Shown here one piece after another: positions 46,193-56,620 of a stretch of 64,000 bases of DNA. Source of the DNA: a virus (taxonomy: Duplodnaviria > Caudoviricetes); the IMG/VR virus record IMGVR_UViG_2909979649_000004, one strand, 5' to 3'. Within the stretch, counting starts at the first letter, position 1; each line of letters begins with the position of its first letter. Below the pieces are notes generated by a model, which was not told where the DNA came from, ran no database searches, and worked only from the letters and a program-made list of their open reading frames with translations. A program made the translations under genes and the position numbers.

Positions 46193-47886
46193 CGAATTAC
46201 GAGCGAGCTGAACATTATGCGAAAGCGGTGGTCTCTGGTGACATACCGGCTTGCCAATACGTTATTCAAGCGTGTCAGCGCCATTTAACTGACTTAACCC
46301 AAGTTGATGATCCTGATTTCCCTTATTATTTTGATGAGGAAAAAGCCGAGCGCATTTGTAAATTTGTTCAGCTACTGCCGCATACCAAAGGCAAGTGGGC
46401 CTCTAAAAAGCAAAATATTCATTTAGAGCCCTGGCAGTGTTTTGCGTTTGGTGTGCCATTTGGCTGGTGCAGAAAAAAAGACCACACCCGCCGTTATCGT
46501 GAGGTGTATTACGAAGTCCCCCGTAAAAACGGCAAGTCCATTTTGGCGGCAGGCGTTGGCTTATATTGCTTTGCCATGGATGGTGAGTTTGGTGCAGAGG
46601 TTTACTCAGGCGCTACCACTGAAAAACAAGCCTGGGAGGTGTTTCGACCAGCCAAAATCATGGTCGAGAAAAGGCCGAAGCTGCAGGAACATGCGGGCAT
46701 TCAAATCAATGCGAAAAACATGCATATTGTATTAGATCATGCCCGCTTTGAACCGTTGATTGGTAATCCGGGTGATGGTGCTTCACCCAGTTGTGCATTA
46801 ATTGATGAGTACCACGAACACCAAACCAGTGATTTATACGACACCATGCGTTCAGGTATGGGCGCTAGAGAGCAGCCATTATTATTTGTGATTACCACGG
46901 CAGGCTTTAACATTGCTGGGCCTTGTTATGATAAACGACAAGAAGTGATTAATATCCTTAACGGTTCCGTGCCGAATGATGAACTGTGGGGGCTGATTTA
47001 TACCATTGATGAAGACGACGACTGGACCCAACCGGAAGCATTAATCAAAGCCAATCCGAATTACAATGTATCGGTATTGGAGGATTTTTTATTATCCCAG
47101 CAAGCCAGTGCTGTCGCCAATGCCAGCCGCCAAAATCCATTTAAAACGAAGCACCTGAATGTTTGGGTCAATGCCCGTGAAGCCTGGATTAATTTAGTCG
47201 ATTGGCATCGTTGCTGTGATAAAAGGTTATCCCTTGACGATTTTAAAGGCGATGAGGCTGTTTTTGCCATTGACTTATCCTCACACATTGATATTTGTTC
47301 TTTTGTGCAGGTATTTACCCGTCAAGTCGCAGATAAACAGCATTATTATGCCTTTTCTCGTCACTATTTACCGGAAGACACGATCTATGACGAGAATAAT
47401 AAAAACCACTCTGCGTATCAGCAGTGGTTAAACGAGGGTTATTTAACGAAAACTGATGGGGCTGAAATTGATTACAGTCAAGTCAGGCAAGATATTCTAG
47501 AACTATCCGAGCAACATCAAGTCAGGGAAATTCCCCATGACCCTTGGGGCGCGGTACAACTGGCACAAGAACTGGATCAATACCATTTAAATCCGGTTAA
47601 ATTTCCTCAAACCACCTCTAACTTTTCACCGGCGATGAAAGAGTTAGAAGCCGCGATAAAAGCCCAACGACTTCACCACGATGGCAACCCCATTTTAACC
47701 TGGATGATGTCGAACGTAACGGTGAAAGAAGACGCTAACGAAAATATCTTTCCGCGCAAAGAAAAACCCCATAACAAAATTGATGGTGCCGTTGCATTAA
47801 TTATGGGTATTGGCCGCTCGATGCTCGACGATGACAACCCTTCATTAAATAAAGTGTACGAAAACCACGGCATTCGTTTTCTATGA
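46189..47886 (+). CDS. Terminase large subunit
   Basis: PRKNGKS, IDEYHEH, ITTAG, KIDGAVA motifs. Confidence 0.95.
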   Translation: MTNYERAEHYAKAVVSGDIPACQYVIQACQRHLTDLTQVDDPDFPYYFDEEKAERICKFVQLLPHTKGKWASKKQNIHLEPWQCFAFGVPFGWCRKKDHTRRYREVYYEVPRKNGKSILAAGVGLYCFAMDGEFGAEVYSGATTEKQAWEVFRPAKIMVEKRPKLQEHAGIQINAKNMHIVLDHARFEPLIGNPGDGASPSCALIDEYHEHQTSDLYDTMRSGMGAREQPLLFVITTAGFNIAGPCYDKRQEVINILNGSVPNDELWGLIYTIDEDDDWTQPEALIKANPNYNVSVLEDFLLSQQASAVANASRQNPFKTKHLNVWVNAREAWINLVDWHRCCDKRLSLDDFKGDEAVFAIDLSSHIDICSFVQVFTRQVADKQHYYAFSRHYLPEDTIYDENNKNHSAYQQWLNEGYLTKTDGAEIDYSQVRQDILELSEQHQVREIPHDPWGAVQLAQELDQYHLNPVKFPQTTSNFSPAMKELEAAIKAQRLHHDGNPILTWMMSNVTVKEDANENIFPRKEKPHNKIDGAVALIMGIGRSMLDDDNPSLNKVYENHGIRFL

Positions 47887-49091
47887 GTTTTTTTAAAAAA
47901 CTGTTTACCAAAAGTCAGGCGGTCCCATTTGATTCCCATGCTTTGCTGCAAGCGTTAGGCATGGGTTATGAAACTGATACCAATATCACGGTTACGCCTG
48001 AGAGTGCCATGCGTTGTTGCACGGTGTTTTCCTGTATTCGGGTATTGGCTGAATCAGTTGGCCAGTTACCGCTGAATTATTTTGTGCAGCAAGGTGAAAA
48101 ACGGGTAAAAGCCACTGGGAGTCGTCTTTATCACCTACTTAAACTGTCGCCGAACAGTTATATGACCTCCCAAGAGTTATGGGAGTTGTGCATTACCCAT
48201 TTATGTTTGCGAGGTAATTTTTACGCCTATAAAAATACGGTAAAGGGTGAGCTACGGGAACTACTACCCTTAAACCCAGATAACGTAGAACCCAAATTAC
48301 TGGACAATTACACCCTGGTTTACGATGTCACCTTCGCTAATGGTAGCCGCGACATTCTTACCGCTGATGAAGTCTTCCATGTAAAGGGGTTTTCCGTTGA
48401 TGGCATCAAAGGCGTGTCACCCATTAGCTATGCCCGCAATGCCATTGGCTTGGGTTTAGCCACGGAAAAACACGGTTCTAAATTATTCAGTAATGGGGCG
48501 CGTCCTGGGGGCATTTTAAGCACGGATCAGCAGTTAACGGATGATGTGGTTAAGCGGGTTAAACAAAGCTGGGATGATCAATATCAAGGATTAGATAACG
48601 CCCATAAAGTCGCGATTTTAGAGGCGGGTTTACAATGGGTGAGTGTGGGCATGACGTCAGATGATGCTCAGTTTTTAGAAACCCGCAAATACCAACGCTC
48701 GGAAATTTGTGGGTTATTTCGCGTGCCACCCCATATGGTGGGTGATTTAGAAAAAGCCACGTTTTCCAATATTGAACATCAAGCCCAAGAATTTGTGGTC
48801 AATGCACTGGTGCCGTATTTAACCCGGATTGAGCAGCGGATTCAGGTGAGTTTAATTCCTGAAGTCAAACGTGCCAGCCACTTTGCCAAGTTTAATGTGA
48901 ATAGCCTGTTGCGAGGGGATATGAAATCCCGTGCCGAGTTTTACACCAAGCTGCAACAAACCGGCTCACTATCGCCCAATGAAATTCGGGCACTGGAAGA
49001 TTTAGACCCAAGGGATGGCGGCGATATTTATTTAACCCCCATGAATATGCTGATTAATGGTAAAGAGCCAGAGAAAAATGAAACTCACTAA
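47883..49091 (+). CDS. Portal protein, HK97 family
   Basis: DAQFLETRK, FRVPPHMVG, PNEIR motifs. Confidence 0.95.
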   Translation: MSFFKKLFTKSQAVPFDSHALLQALGMGYETDTNITVTPESAMRCCTVFSCIRVLAESVGQLPLNYFVQQGEKRVKATGSRLYHLLKLSPNSYMTSQELWELCITHLCLRGNFYAYKNTVKGELRELLPLNPDNVEPKLLDNYTLVYDVTFANGSRDILTADEVFHVKGFSVDGIKGVSPISYARNAIGLGLATEKHGSKLFSNGARPGGILSTDQQLTDDVVKRVKQSWDDQYQGLDNAHKVAILEAGLQWVSVGMTSDDAQFLETRKYQRSEICGLFRVPPHMVGDLEKATFSNIEHQAQEFVVNALVPYLTRIEQRIQVSLIPEVKRASHFAKFNVNSLLRGDMKSRAEFYTKLQQTGSLSPNEIRALEDLDPRDGGDIYLTPMNMLINGKEPEKNETH

Positions 49092-49728
49092 GATTGCTAA
49101 ACCCTTTGAAATTAAATCGATAGACGAGTCAGGGGTATTTGCGGGTTATGGCTCGGTGTTTGATGTGGAAGACAGTTACGGTGATGTGGTTGAAAAAGGC
49201 GCTTTTTTACAATCACTGAATCAGTGGCAACAGAAAAATAAATTACCGGCTTTATTGTGGCAGCACCGTTATGACGAGCCTATCGGCGTCTATACCAAAA
49301 TGGTGGAAGATAATCACGGCCTGTATGTAGAGGGGAAATTATTAATAGACGATGATCCCTTAGCGAAGCGGGCGTATGCCCATTTAAAAGCCGGTTCAGT
49401 CACCGGGTTATCGATTGGCTTTACTACTCCCCAAGGTGGTGGCGAATGGGATGAAGACACCGACACCTATCGTCTAAAACAAGTGAAATTATGGGAAGTG
49501 TCCTTAGTGACGTTTCCTGCTAATGAATCGGCCACGGTGGATGGCGTTAAATCCGCCATTGACGGTGGCCCCAAAACCTTTGAGCGATTCCTGCGCGAAG
49601 CCGGTTTATCGCGAGCCCAAGCCAAAGGCTTAATGGCCGATGGTTATCACGCCTTGAATCAGCGAGACGCTGAGTTATCAAGTACCGTGAATCAATTGCA
49701 ATCCCTTATTCAAACCTTAAAAGGATAA
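49078..49728 (+). CDS. Prohead protease, HK97 family
   Basis: GYGSVF, LLWQH, GLSIGF, EVSLVTFPAN motifs. Confidence 0.95.
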   Translation: MKLTKIAKPFEIKSIDESGVFAGYGSVFDVEDSYGDVVEKGAFLQSLNQWQQKNKLPALLWQHRYDEPIGVYTKMVEDNHGLYVEGKLLIDDDPLAKRAYAHLKAGSVTGLSIGFTTPQGGGEWDEDTDTYRLKQVKLWEVSLVTFPANESATVDGVKSAIDGGPKTFERFLREAGLSRAQAKGLMADGYHALNQRDAELSSTVNQLQSLIQTLKG

Positions 49729-49732
49729 ATCA

Positions 49733-50944
49733 ATGGCTTACGCTGAAGAGATTAATAAAACAATTGAGGCATTAGGTGGTGCCTTTAATGAGTTTAAAAA
49801 AACCAATGATGAACGCTTAACGACCTTAGAAAAAGGTGACGCGCTGGATGGATTGGTGGAAGGCAAACTGAAGTCAATCAATGACAAACTCTCAGAACTG
49901 GAAAAGCTCAAAGGTCAGTTTGAAGAACTGGAAACCAAAGCGAATCGCCCCGGCAGCACGTTTGGCGGTAAACAACAAAACGCCGAATATGAAAAAGCCT
50001 TTGATCAATTTGTCAGAAAAGGTAAAACCGACCAGATCGATGATTTAAAAACCAAAACCATGCAAACCGGCAATGATGAGGATGGCGGTTATGCGGTACC
50101 GGAACAATTAGACCGGCAAATTATCGGTTTTGGCCGTGATCAAGTGGTGATGCGTTCGGTTTGCGCCAGCCAAACCTTATCAACGCCTGAGTTTAAAAAA
50201 TTACGTAAAGAAGGCCGAGCCACATCCGGCTGGGTAGGGGAAACAGACCCAAGACCACAAACGGATACCCCTAAACTCAAAACGATTACACCCATCTGGG
50301 GAGAGATTTACGCCAATCCTGAAGCCACGCAAACCATGCTGGATGATGCATTTTTTAATGTACAACAGTTTTTAGTGGGGGAAGTTGGCGAAGAATTTAG
50401 CGAACAAGAAGAAATTGCCTTTACCCGTGGTGATGGTAACGACAAGCCAAAGGGATTGTTTGCTTATCCTCGCACTTTGGAGACCGATGATAAAAGAGCG
50501 TTTGGCAAATTGCAGTATTTGGATACCGCCACCGCTAAGCTCGAAGCAGATGACCTGTTAAAGCTGTTGTACGCTTTAAAACGTAAATACCGCACCGGTG
50601 CTCGCTGGATGATGAACAGCACCAGTGTTGGGCAAGTACGGCTGATGAAGGATAATGACGGTAATTATTTATGGAGCCCTGGCTTACAAGCCGGTGAGCC
50701 TTCACGGCTACTAGGCTATTCGCTGACAGAAAATGAGCAAGTCGATGACATTGCCGCGAAAAAAGCGCCGATATCCTTTGGTAACTTTAAGCGGGCGTAT
50801 TTGATCTTAGATCGGATTGGTACCCGAGTGTTGCGCGATCCCTACACCAATAAACCCTTTGTGTCGTTTTATACCACCAAGCGGGTGGGGAATATGTTGT
50901 TGGATAGCAATGCTGTTAAGGTATTACAAATTAAAGGGGGTTAA
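49733..50944 (+). CDS. Major capsid protein, HK97 family
   Basis: DGGYAVPE, WVGE, GDGNDKPKG, FGNF, RDPYT motifs. Confidence 0.95.
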   Translation: MAYAEEINKTIEALGGAFNEFKKTNDERLTTLEKGDALDGLVEGKLKSINDKLSELEKLKGQFEELETKANRPGSTFGGKQQNAEYEKAFDQFVRKGKTDQIDDLKTKTMQTGNDEDGGYAVPEQLDRQIIGFGRDQVVMRSVCASQTLSTPEFKKLRKEGRATSGWVGETDPRPQTDTPKLKTITPIWGEIYANPEATQTMLDDAFFNVQQFLVGEVGEEFSEQEEIAFTRGDGNDKPKGLFAYPRTLETDDKRAFGKLQYLDTATAKLEADDLLKLLYALKRKYRTGARWMMNSTSVGQVRLMKDNDGNYLWSPGLQAGEPSRLLGYSLTENEQVDDIAAKKAPISFGNFKRAYLILDRIGTRVLRDPYTNKPFVSFYTTKRVGNMLLDSNAVKVLQIKGG

Positions 50945-50983
50945 CCACTTTTAATAGCCAGAACTCCTGGCTATTAATAAATG

Positions 50984-51283
50984 TTACATTTTACACACTC
51001 TAATTTTTTCAGTGACAGTTTCTAAAAATTCATCACTTGCCCCCATACGTTTTTTGGCCTCTTCAGGAGAATCAAACCTAGGTGCAGAACCTAATGATGT
51101 ATAGCCACCGCTTGTAGTCGCATAGCATCCTGAAACCCAGCCTCTACAGGTTTTATTCGATCTAACAACCCATTTAGTAACCGTTATTTCTTGCTGTTTG
51201 TATTTTGGGCAGGAATAAATATTTTCATATGCATTGGTAGTATTTATACAGATGAGGCCAAAGAATAGTAGGTATTTCTTCAT
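50984..51283 (-). CDS. Small secreted Cys-rich moron protein
   Basis: MKKYLLFFGL signal-like start; four Cys in the mature part; antisense inside the head operon. Confidence 0.7.
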   Translation of the reverse strand: MKKYLLFFGLICINTTNAYENIYSCPKYKQQEITVTKWVVRSNKTCRGWVSGCYATTSGGYTSLGSAPRFDSPEEAKKRMGASDEFLETVTEKIRVCKM

Positions 51284-51455
51284 ATAAAATATGTTCCTGG
51301 AAAGGTGCATGAATATTAAATGTTTTAAAAAAATACATTAACCATGTTACTTAAAATATGTGCAATTTCAACGTATAAAATGTGCAAATTCAGTGCAAAC
51401 TTTAGATTGGTACTCTTTACCAAATTGCTATCTACATTTCATACTTTAAATCAAG

Positions 51456-51764
51456 ATGATTAACCTTGAGTTAGTAAAAAAGCATCTCAATATTGATGAG
51501 GCGTTAACCGAAGATGACGCCTATTTGCAAGTATTAACCGAGGCGGCTATCGCTAACTTTGAAAGCACCACACAACGTCCGTTAGTGAAGGAAAACCCTA
51601 CTGATACAGCCGTGATGATCACCCGTGAAATTGAAATTGGTTTACTCATGCTAATTGGCCACTGGTATAACAACCGGGAGTCTGTAGTGATTGGAGGGGT
51701 TGTCAGCGAATTACCGTTATCGACCCAAGCTATTTGGAATAAATACCGTTTTAAATCCCTATGA
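51456..51764 (+). CDS. Head-tail connector, gp6-like
   Basis: VKKHLNID, LMLIGHWYNNRE motifs. Confidence 0.9.
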   Translation: MINLELVKKHLNIDEALTEDDAYLQVLTEAAIANFESTTQRPLVKENPTDTAVMITREIEIGLLMLIGHWYNNRESVVIGGVVSELPLSTQAIWNKYRFKSL

Positions 51765-52081
51765 GAGCCGGCCGCTTAAAACATCGTATTGCCATTGAAA
51801 AACCTGAGTTGATTAAGGATGAATTTGGCCAGCCCACTAAAAATTGGGTCGTGGTATGTACAACAAGAGCCGCCATTGATCCCATATCAGGTAAAGAGTT
51901 TTTTGCTGCCCAGCAAATTAATAACGCCATTAATTACAAAATAACGATTCGCTATCGGCCAGGGATTAAGTCACAGTATCGGGTGAAGTACAAAGATCGA
52001 GTATTTGAAATTCATGCGCCACTTAACCCCAGAGAAGCTAATCGCGAGCTACAGCTGATGTGTGAAGCGCATGAAACTTAA
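51761..52081 (+). CDS. Head closure protein
   Basis: MRAGRLKHRI, GKEFF, ITIRY motifs. Confidence 0.9.
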   Translation: MRAGRLKHRIAIEKPELIKDEFGQPTKNWVVVCTTRAAIDPISGKEFFAAQQINNAINYKITIRYRPGIKSQYRVKYKDRVFEIHAPLNPREANRELQLMCEAHET

Positions 52082-52481
52082 TCTGAATTTAACCGATGTG
52101 GAAGAGTTAACCGAGCAGTTTCGTGATATTGAAGAAAAGCTCATTAACCGGGCAGTACGGCAAGGATTGTTAGAAATTATCAAGCCGGTTAAAAAGCAGA
52201 TGAAGCAGAATGCACCGATTGATACCGGTGAACTAAAAAAAGCGCTTAATCATAAATCATTTGCTAAAGACCAATTTGCGGTGGTTTATTCCGGCATTTC
52301 GCAAAAAAAACACCAGCCATCGGTCGTACAAAAAGCGTTAGCCATGGAATATGGCAACAACCGGCAAAAAGCCAAGAAGCCCTTTATTCAACCCGCTGTT
52401 GATCAATCCAATTTTTCCAACGCTAAGCAGGAGGTTATCGAGCTGATTGAAAAAAGGCTTGATGAATTGCTAAATGATTGA
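52071..52481 (+). CDS. HK97 gp10-like protein
   Basis: APIDTGEL, EYG, PFIQPA motifs. Confidence 0.85.
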   Translation: MKLNLNLTDVEELTEQFRDIEEKLINRAVRQGLLEIIKPVKKQMKQNAPIDTGELKKALNHKSFAKDQFAVVYSGISQKKHQPSVVQKALAMEYGNNRQKAKKPFIQPAVDQSNFSNAKQEVIELIEKRLDELLND

Positions 52482-53334
52482 AATTAAAATCCAACAAGCC
52501 TTGTCCGCATTAGTGGATGATCGAGCTTACCCAACCATACTACCTGAAAAAGCCAAATACCCAGCCATCACTTACCATCGGGTGAATGCAGCTCAAGGCA
52601 GTGGCCGTATTAATACCACTGAAATCAGTGGACAAAACAGCGTATTTCAGGTGGTTGTTTGGAGCCAAAATTATGGCCAAGCACATTTGCTACAAAAGCA
52701 GTGTATAACTGAGTTTGCAAGCTTGGGGCTGCAACTGATATCCAGTGCGGATGGCTTTGAACCCGAAAAAATGCTGCACTCGGTGATTATGGAGTTTGAG
52801 TGCTGGGGTGATTTAGCCTTAGTGGCAGATCGGCAAAGCACCCCAGACAAAAGCCCAATTAAACAGTTTTTAAATAATGTACAGCAGCAGCTGTCTACGG
52901 TTTCCAATACCGCGCTGACTGATTACCAACTAGTTCAGCCGGTATTACCCGCCATTGTCCTTAAGCTACGACAAATTAAGCCTGCTAACGATTGGAGCGG
53001 GCCTGGCGCAGTAGAATGTAACTTAACTGCCTATTGTTGCCATCAAGTCGGCTACGCTGGGGATTTGGCGACTCAAGTATCATTACTGATTAATGCAAAT
53101 CAATGGGACTTAGGCGACGCGCTGGACTTCCCGAAAAACATTACCGCTGATCAAGAAGTTATGTCACTGGGTGAGACACCCTACGAGCGCTGGCAAGTGA
53201 ATTGGCAGCAAGTGATTAGAACCGAAGCATCAATCTGGCAAGACAGCGGTACACCACCAACCACTGTCTTATGCAGTGATGCCCCTGAGATTGGAATCCC
53301 CCATAAAGATGACTACCGAGTTGTTTCGCGTTAA
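52474..53334 (+). CDS. Tail terminator (DUF3168-like) with a second similar domain
   Basis: YPAITY...FQVVVW in the first half; PAIVL...WQVNWQQ...APEIG..H.DDY in the second. Confidence 0.65.
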   Translation: MIEIKIQQALSALVDDRAYPTILPEKAKYPAITYHRVNAAQGSGRINTTEISGQNSVFQVVVWSQNYGQAHLLQKQCITEFASLGLQLISSADGFEPEKMLHSVIMEFECWGDLALVADRQSTPDKSPIKQFLNNVQQQLSTVSNTALTDYQLVQPVLPAIVLKLRQIKPANDWSGPGAVECNLTAYCCHQVGYAGDLATQVSLLINANQWDLGDALDFPKNITADQEVMSLGETPYERWQVNWQQVIRTEASIWQDSGTPPTTVLCSDAPEIGIPHKDDYRVVSR

Positions 53335-53881
53335 TGAGCTTTACCGGCTTTTAGTTAACTTAATTCGCCCTGGCACCATTCACCAAGTTGACCATCAACG
53401 CACTCGCGTCAGGGTTCAAATTGATGAATTAACCTCTGGTTGGTTACCTTGGTTAACTACCAGAGCTGGTAATGACCAAAGCTGGTGGGCACCGGAAGTG
53501 GGTGAGCAAGTCATTGTGTTATCCCCCAGTGGCGAATTAGCCAATGGTTTTGTGTTACCGGCTGTCTATCAAAACAAGTACCCAACCCCTAGCCATGATC
53601 CAGATGAGTCGGTATGGCAGTTTAAAAATCATGCCCGGTTTAGCTATCACCGAGGCAATGATGAATTAATCATTGAGTTAACGGGGGCAGGTAATACCAA
53701 GCTAATTAGCCCTGAAGGTATTCATTTTGTCGGTGATTTATTGGTTGAGGGAAATATTAAAGCCACTCAAGAAATAACCGATCACACCCGCAGTATGCAG
53801 GCGGATCGGGATATTTATAACGGACACAAGCATGATGTTGTTGGCCACAGTACAGCGGTGCCAACAGGGAACAGACAGTAA
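53309..53881 (+). CDS. Baseplate assembly protein V
   Basis: NLIRPGTI, WLPW, RAG, PEVGEQV, YNGHKH motifs. Confidence 0.92.
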   Translation: MTTELFRVNELYRLLVNLIRPGTIHQVDHQRTRVRVQIDELTSGWLPWLTTRAGNDQSWWAPEVGEQVIVLSPSGELANGFVLPAVYQNKYPTPSHDPDESVWQFKNHARFSYHRGNDELIIELTGAGNTKLISPEGIHFVGDLLVEGNIKATQEITDHTRSMQADRDIYNGHKHDVVGHSTAVPTGNRQ

Positions 53882-53882
53882 A

Positions 53883-53910
53883 TTGCACAGTTAGGCTAGC
53901 TACATACTAT
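53883..53910 (+). promoter_or_regulatory. Candidate sigma70 promoter of the channel moron
   Basis: TTGCAC-16-TACTAT just after the gpV stop. Confidence 0.5.
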
Positions 53911-53948
53911 CCTTGCCTAATCATGGATGATTGATTTAGGAGATAGCT

Positions 53949-54653
53949 ATGGATAGTATGCAAGCACTAAAGCTGAGTAATAAAGATGAGCTGATAAAAC
54001 TTGCTGATTATTTAATATATGCATTTATAATTTTATCAGTCTTTACTTTCTCAATTGAAACCCTACCAGATTTATCAGCCTCTAGTCGAAAACTGTTAAG
54101 GTATCTAGAAATTGTAACAGTGATTGTTTTCACTATTGAATATGTATTGAGGATTTTCTTTGCAGATCGCAAACTAAAATATATTTTTAGTTTCTATGGT
54201 CTAATTGATTTGCTAGCAATTTTGCCGTTTTACATAGCAACCAGTCTTGACCTAAGAGCACTAAGAATTGTTAGGCTATTTAGGTTGCTAAGAGTATTAA
54301 AGATTATTAGATATTCACAAGCTATTCGGCGTTATCACCGGGCATTGATAATTGCAAAAGCCGAGTTAGTATTATTTGGTTTTACAGCAATTATTTTGTT
54401 ATATCTAGCTGCAGTGGGTATTTATTATTTTGAAAGTGTTGCTCAGCCAGAACAGTTTCAATCGATTTTTCACAGCTTGTGGTGGGCAGTAGCTACCTTA
54501 ACAACTGTCGGTTATGGAGATGTATACCCAATTACATTGGGTGGTAGGCTATTTACCTTTGTGATTTTAACCATAGGGCTTGGCTTTGTGGCGGTGCCAA
54601 CAGGTTTGCTGGCATCTGCATTATCCCAAGCAAGGAATGAAGAAGATCAATAA
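53949..54653 (+). CDS. Voltage-gated potassium channel (6 TM)
   Basis: S4 LRALRIVRLFRLLRVLK; WWAVATLTTVGYGD selectivity filter. Confidence 0.93.
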   Translation: MDSMQALKLSNKDELIKLADYLIYAFIILSVFTFSIETLPDLSASSRKLLRYLEIVTVIVFTIEYVLRIFFADRKLKYIFSFYGLIDLLAILPFYIATSLDLRALRIVRLFRLLRVLKIIRYSQAIRRYHRALIIAKAELVLFGFTAIILLYLAAVGIYYFESVAQPEQFQSIFHSLWWAVATLTTVGYGDVYPITLGGRLFTFVILTIGLGFVAVPTGLLASALSQARNEEDQ

Positions 54654-54689
54654 TTTAAGTGTTACGGGAGTTCTCGTAACGGTATTTTT

Positions 54690-55025
54690 ATGCAAGGCAC
54701 CAACCGACAAACTGGTAAACCCCTTTCTATCCTCGATCACCTCCGCCAATCCATCACCGACATTCTGACCACCCGCATTGGTACAAGACTGATGCGGCGT
54801 GATTATGGCAGTCGTTTACCTGAATTAGTGGATCGCCCCATGAATGGTCAGTGGTTAGTGGAAATCTATGCAGCGACTGCTGAAGCCTTAATCCGTTGGG
54901 AACCCCGTTTAAAGGTTACCAAGGTGCAAGCGTTTCGTGGTGAACCTGGCGAGTTATTGATTGCGTTAGAAGGGATTTATTTACCCGAAGGCAAACCCAT
55001 TACCTTGGATGGCATCATTGTATGA
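54690..55025 (+). CDS. Baseplate protein W/gp25
   Basis: HLRQSITDILTT, RRDYGS, RWEPR motifs. Confidence 0.93.
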   Translation: MQGTNRQTGKPLSILDHLRQSITDILTTRIGTRLMRRDYGSRLPELVDRPMNGQWLVEIYAATAEALIRWEPRLKVTKVQAFRGEPGELLIALEGIYLPEGKPITLDGIIV

Positions 55026-55918
55026 GCGAATTTACCGCCATTGATTTATCACAGTTACCTGCACCGGATGTGATCGAGCCGATTGATTACGAGGAAATCC
55101 TCGCTTCCATGCTGGCCGATTTACAAAAGCGCGATAGCAGCTTTACGGCACTGGTCGAATCTGACCCGGCCATGAAGATTCTAGAAGTTTGCGCTTATCG
55201 TGAAATGTTGAAGTGCCAGCAATTTAATGAGCGGACTAAAGCCGTCATGTTAGCTTATGCGCAAGGTTCGGATTTAGATCATTTGGGTGCGAATTACGGC
55301 GTTAAGCGTAAAGTCATTAAACCGGCTGATGATAATCAAGTGCCACCGACACCCGCTGTGATGGAATCTGATGAAGACTTTCGTCGTCGTATTCAATTAG
55401 GCCCCGAAGGCTATTCAACCGCTGGCCCGGTAGGTGCCTATTTAGCTCACTCGCATAATGCCCATGATCAAATTGCCGATGTCTCGGTGTATTCTGATCA
55501 GCCGGGCGAGGTGGTTATTACTTTTTTACGGCGACCATTGGCTGATGAAGCGGATATGGCACCGGATGAGGAAATAAAACAGGCGTTGTTAACCGCGTTA
55601 AATGATGAAGATGTCAGGCCATTAACTGATCATATTACTGTGCAAGCGGCGGAAATTATCGACTATGCCATTGATGCGAAACTGCATGTACAACAAGGGC
55701 CGTCTTCCAAAACCATTATGGATACGGCGACGGCTGCCTTAAATACGTATGTTGATCAGTGTTATAAGCTGGGTAAAACCGTCGCCTTATCGGGTATTTA
55801 TGATGCGTTGCATATGGGGGGCGTTACTCGCGTCGAATTAATTGCTCCAACTTCTGATATTCAAGCCAAAGTTTTTCAAGCGCCTAAAGCTAAATCTATT
55901 TTCATTACCCTCGCATAA
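55022..55918 (+). CDS. Baseplate protein J
   Basis: IDLSQLPAP, STAGPVGAY, VRPLTD motifs. Confidence 0.93.
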   Translation: MSEFTAIDLSQLPAPDVIEPIDYEEILASMLADLQKRDSSFTALVESDPAMKILEVCAYREMLKCQQFNERTKAVMLAYAQGSDLDHLGANYGVKRKVIKPADDNQVPPTPAVMESDEDFRRRIQLGPEGYSTAGPVGAYLAHSHNAHDQIADVSVYSDQPGEVVITFLRRPLADEADMAPDEEIKQALLTALNDEDVRPLTDHITVQAAEIIDYAIDAKLHVQQGPSSKTIMDTATAALNTYVDQCYKLGKTVALSGIYDALHMGGVTRVELIAPTSDIQAKVFQAPKAKSIFITLA

Positions 55919-55922
55919 CTTC

Positions 55923-56618
55923 ATGAGTTTACTACCGAATAACACCACTCCTTTAGAGGAAGGGTTAGCCGACAGTACCCGTCGTATCAGTGAAATACCC
56001 GCTTACCCTAATCACGTCTGGCATCCTGAGTCTTGCCCGGCTAATTGTTTACCCTGGTTGGCTTGGGCCTTATCGGTGGATGAATGGGACGAAGCTTGGG
56101 AAGAGCAAACCAAGCGTAATGTCATTAAGGCATCCATTGAAGTGCATCGACATAAAGGCACCCTTGGCGCGGTAAAAAAAGCGTTGGCTGCAACAGGTGT
56201 AGATATCACGGTAACCGAATGGTTTGAATATAACGGCCAGCCTTATACGTTTAAAGCCGATGTGAATTTAGAAACCCGTGGCCTTACTGAAAAAGAATAC
56301 GACAATATTAATCGGCTAATTAAGCGTACTAAAAATGTTCGGAGTCATTTTGACTTAACCGTTTATTTAACCAATAAAACAAAAATGCCGCGTGTGGCAG
56401 TGACATGTCAACAAGGTCAACAAACCACGGTTATTCCCTATTTAACCAAAGAAATGAATAGCCAGCTGTGTACTTGTTTGACGTCCGGTTACCAAAGTGC
56501 TGTGACACACCAGATTTATCCATTTATTACAACGCAACTGACAAGCAACATTTGCCGGGTACTGGTGACGGGCTATCAAGCAGTTAATACCATCACGATC
56601 TATCCCAAAGGAGCCTAA
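55923..56618 (+). CDS. Tail protein I
   Basis: SLLPNN, LPWLAWALSVDEW, HRHKGT motifs. Confidence 0.92.
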   Translation: MSLLPNNTTPLEEGLADSTRRISEIPAYPNHVWHPESCPANCLPWLAWALSVDEWDEAWEEQTKRNVIKASIEVHRHKGTLGAVKKALAATGVDITVTEWFEYNGQPYTFKADVNLETRGLTEKEYDNINRLIKRTKNVRSHFDLTVYLTNKTKMPRVAVTCQQGQQTTVIPYLTKEMNSQLCTCLTSGYQSAVTHQIYPFITTQLTSNICRVLVTGYQAVNTITIYPKGA

Positions 56619-56620
56619 AT

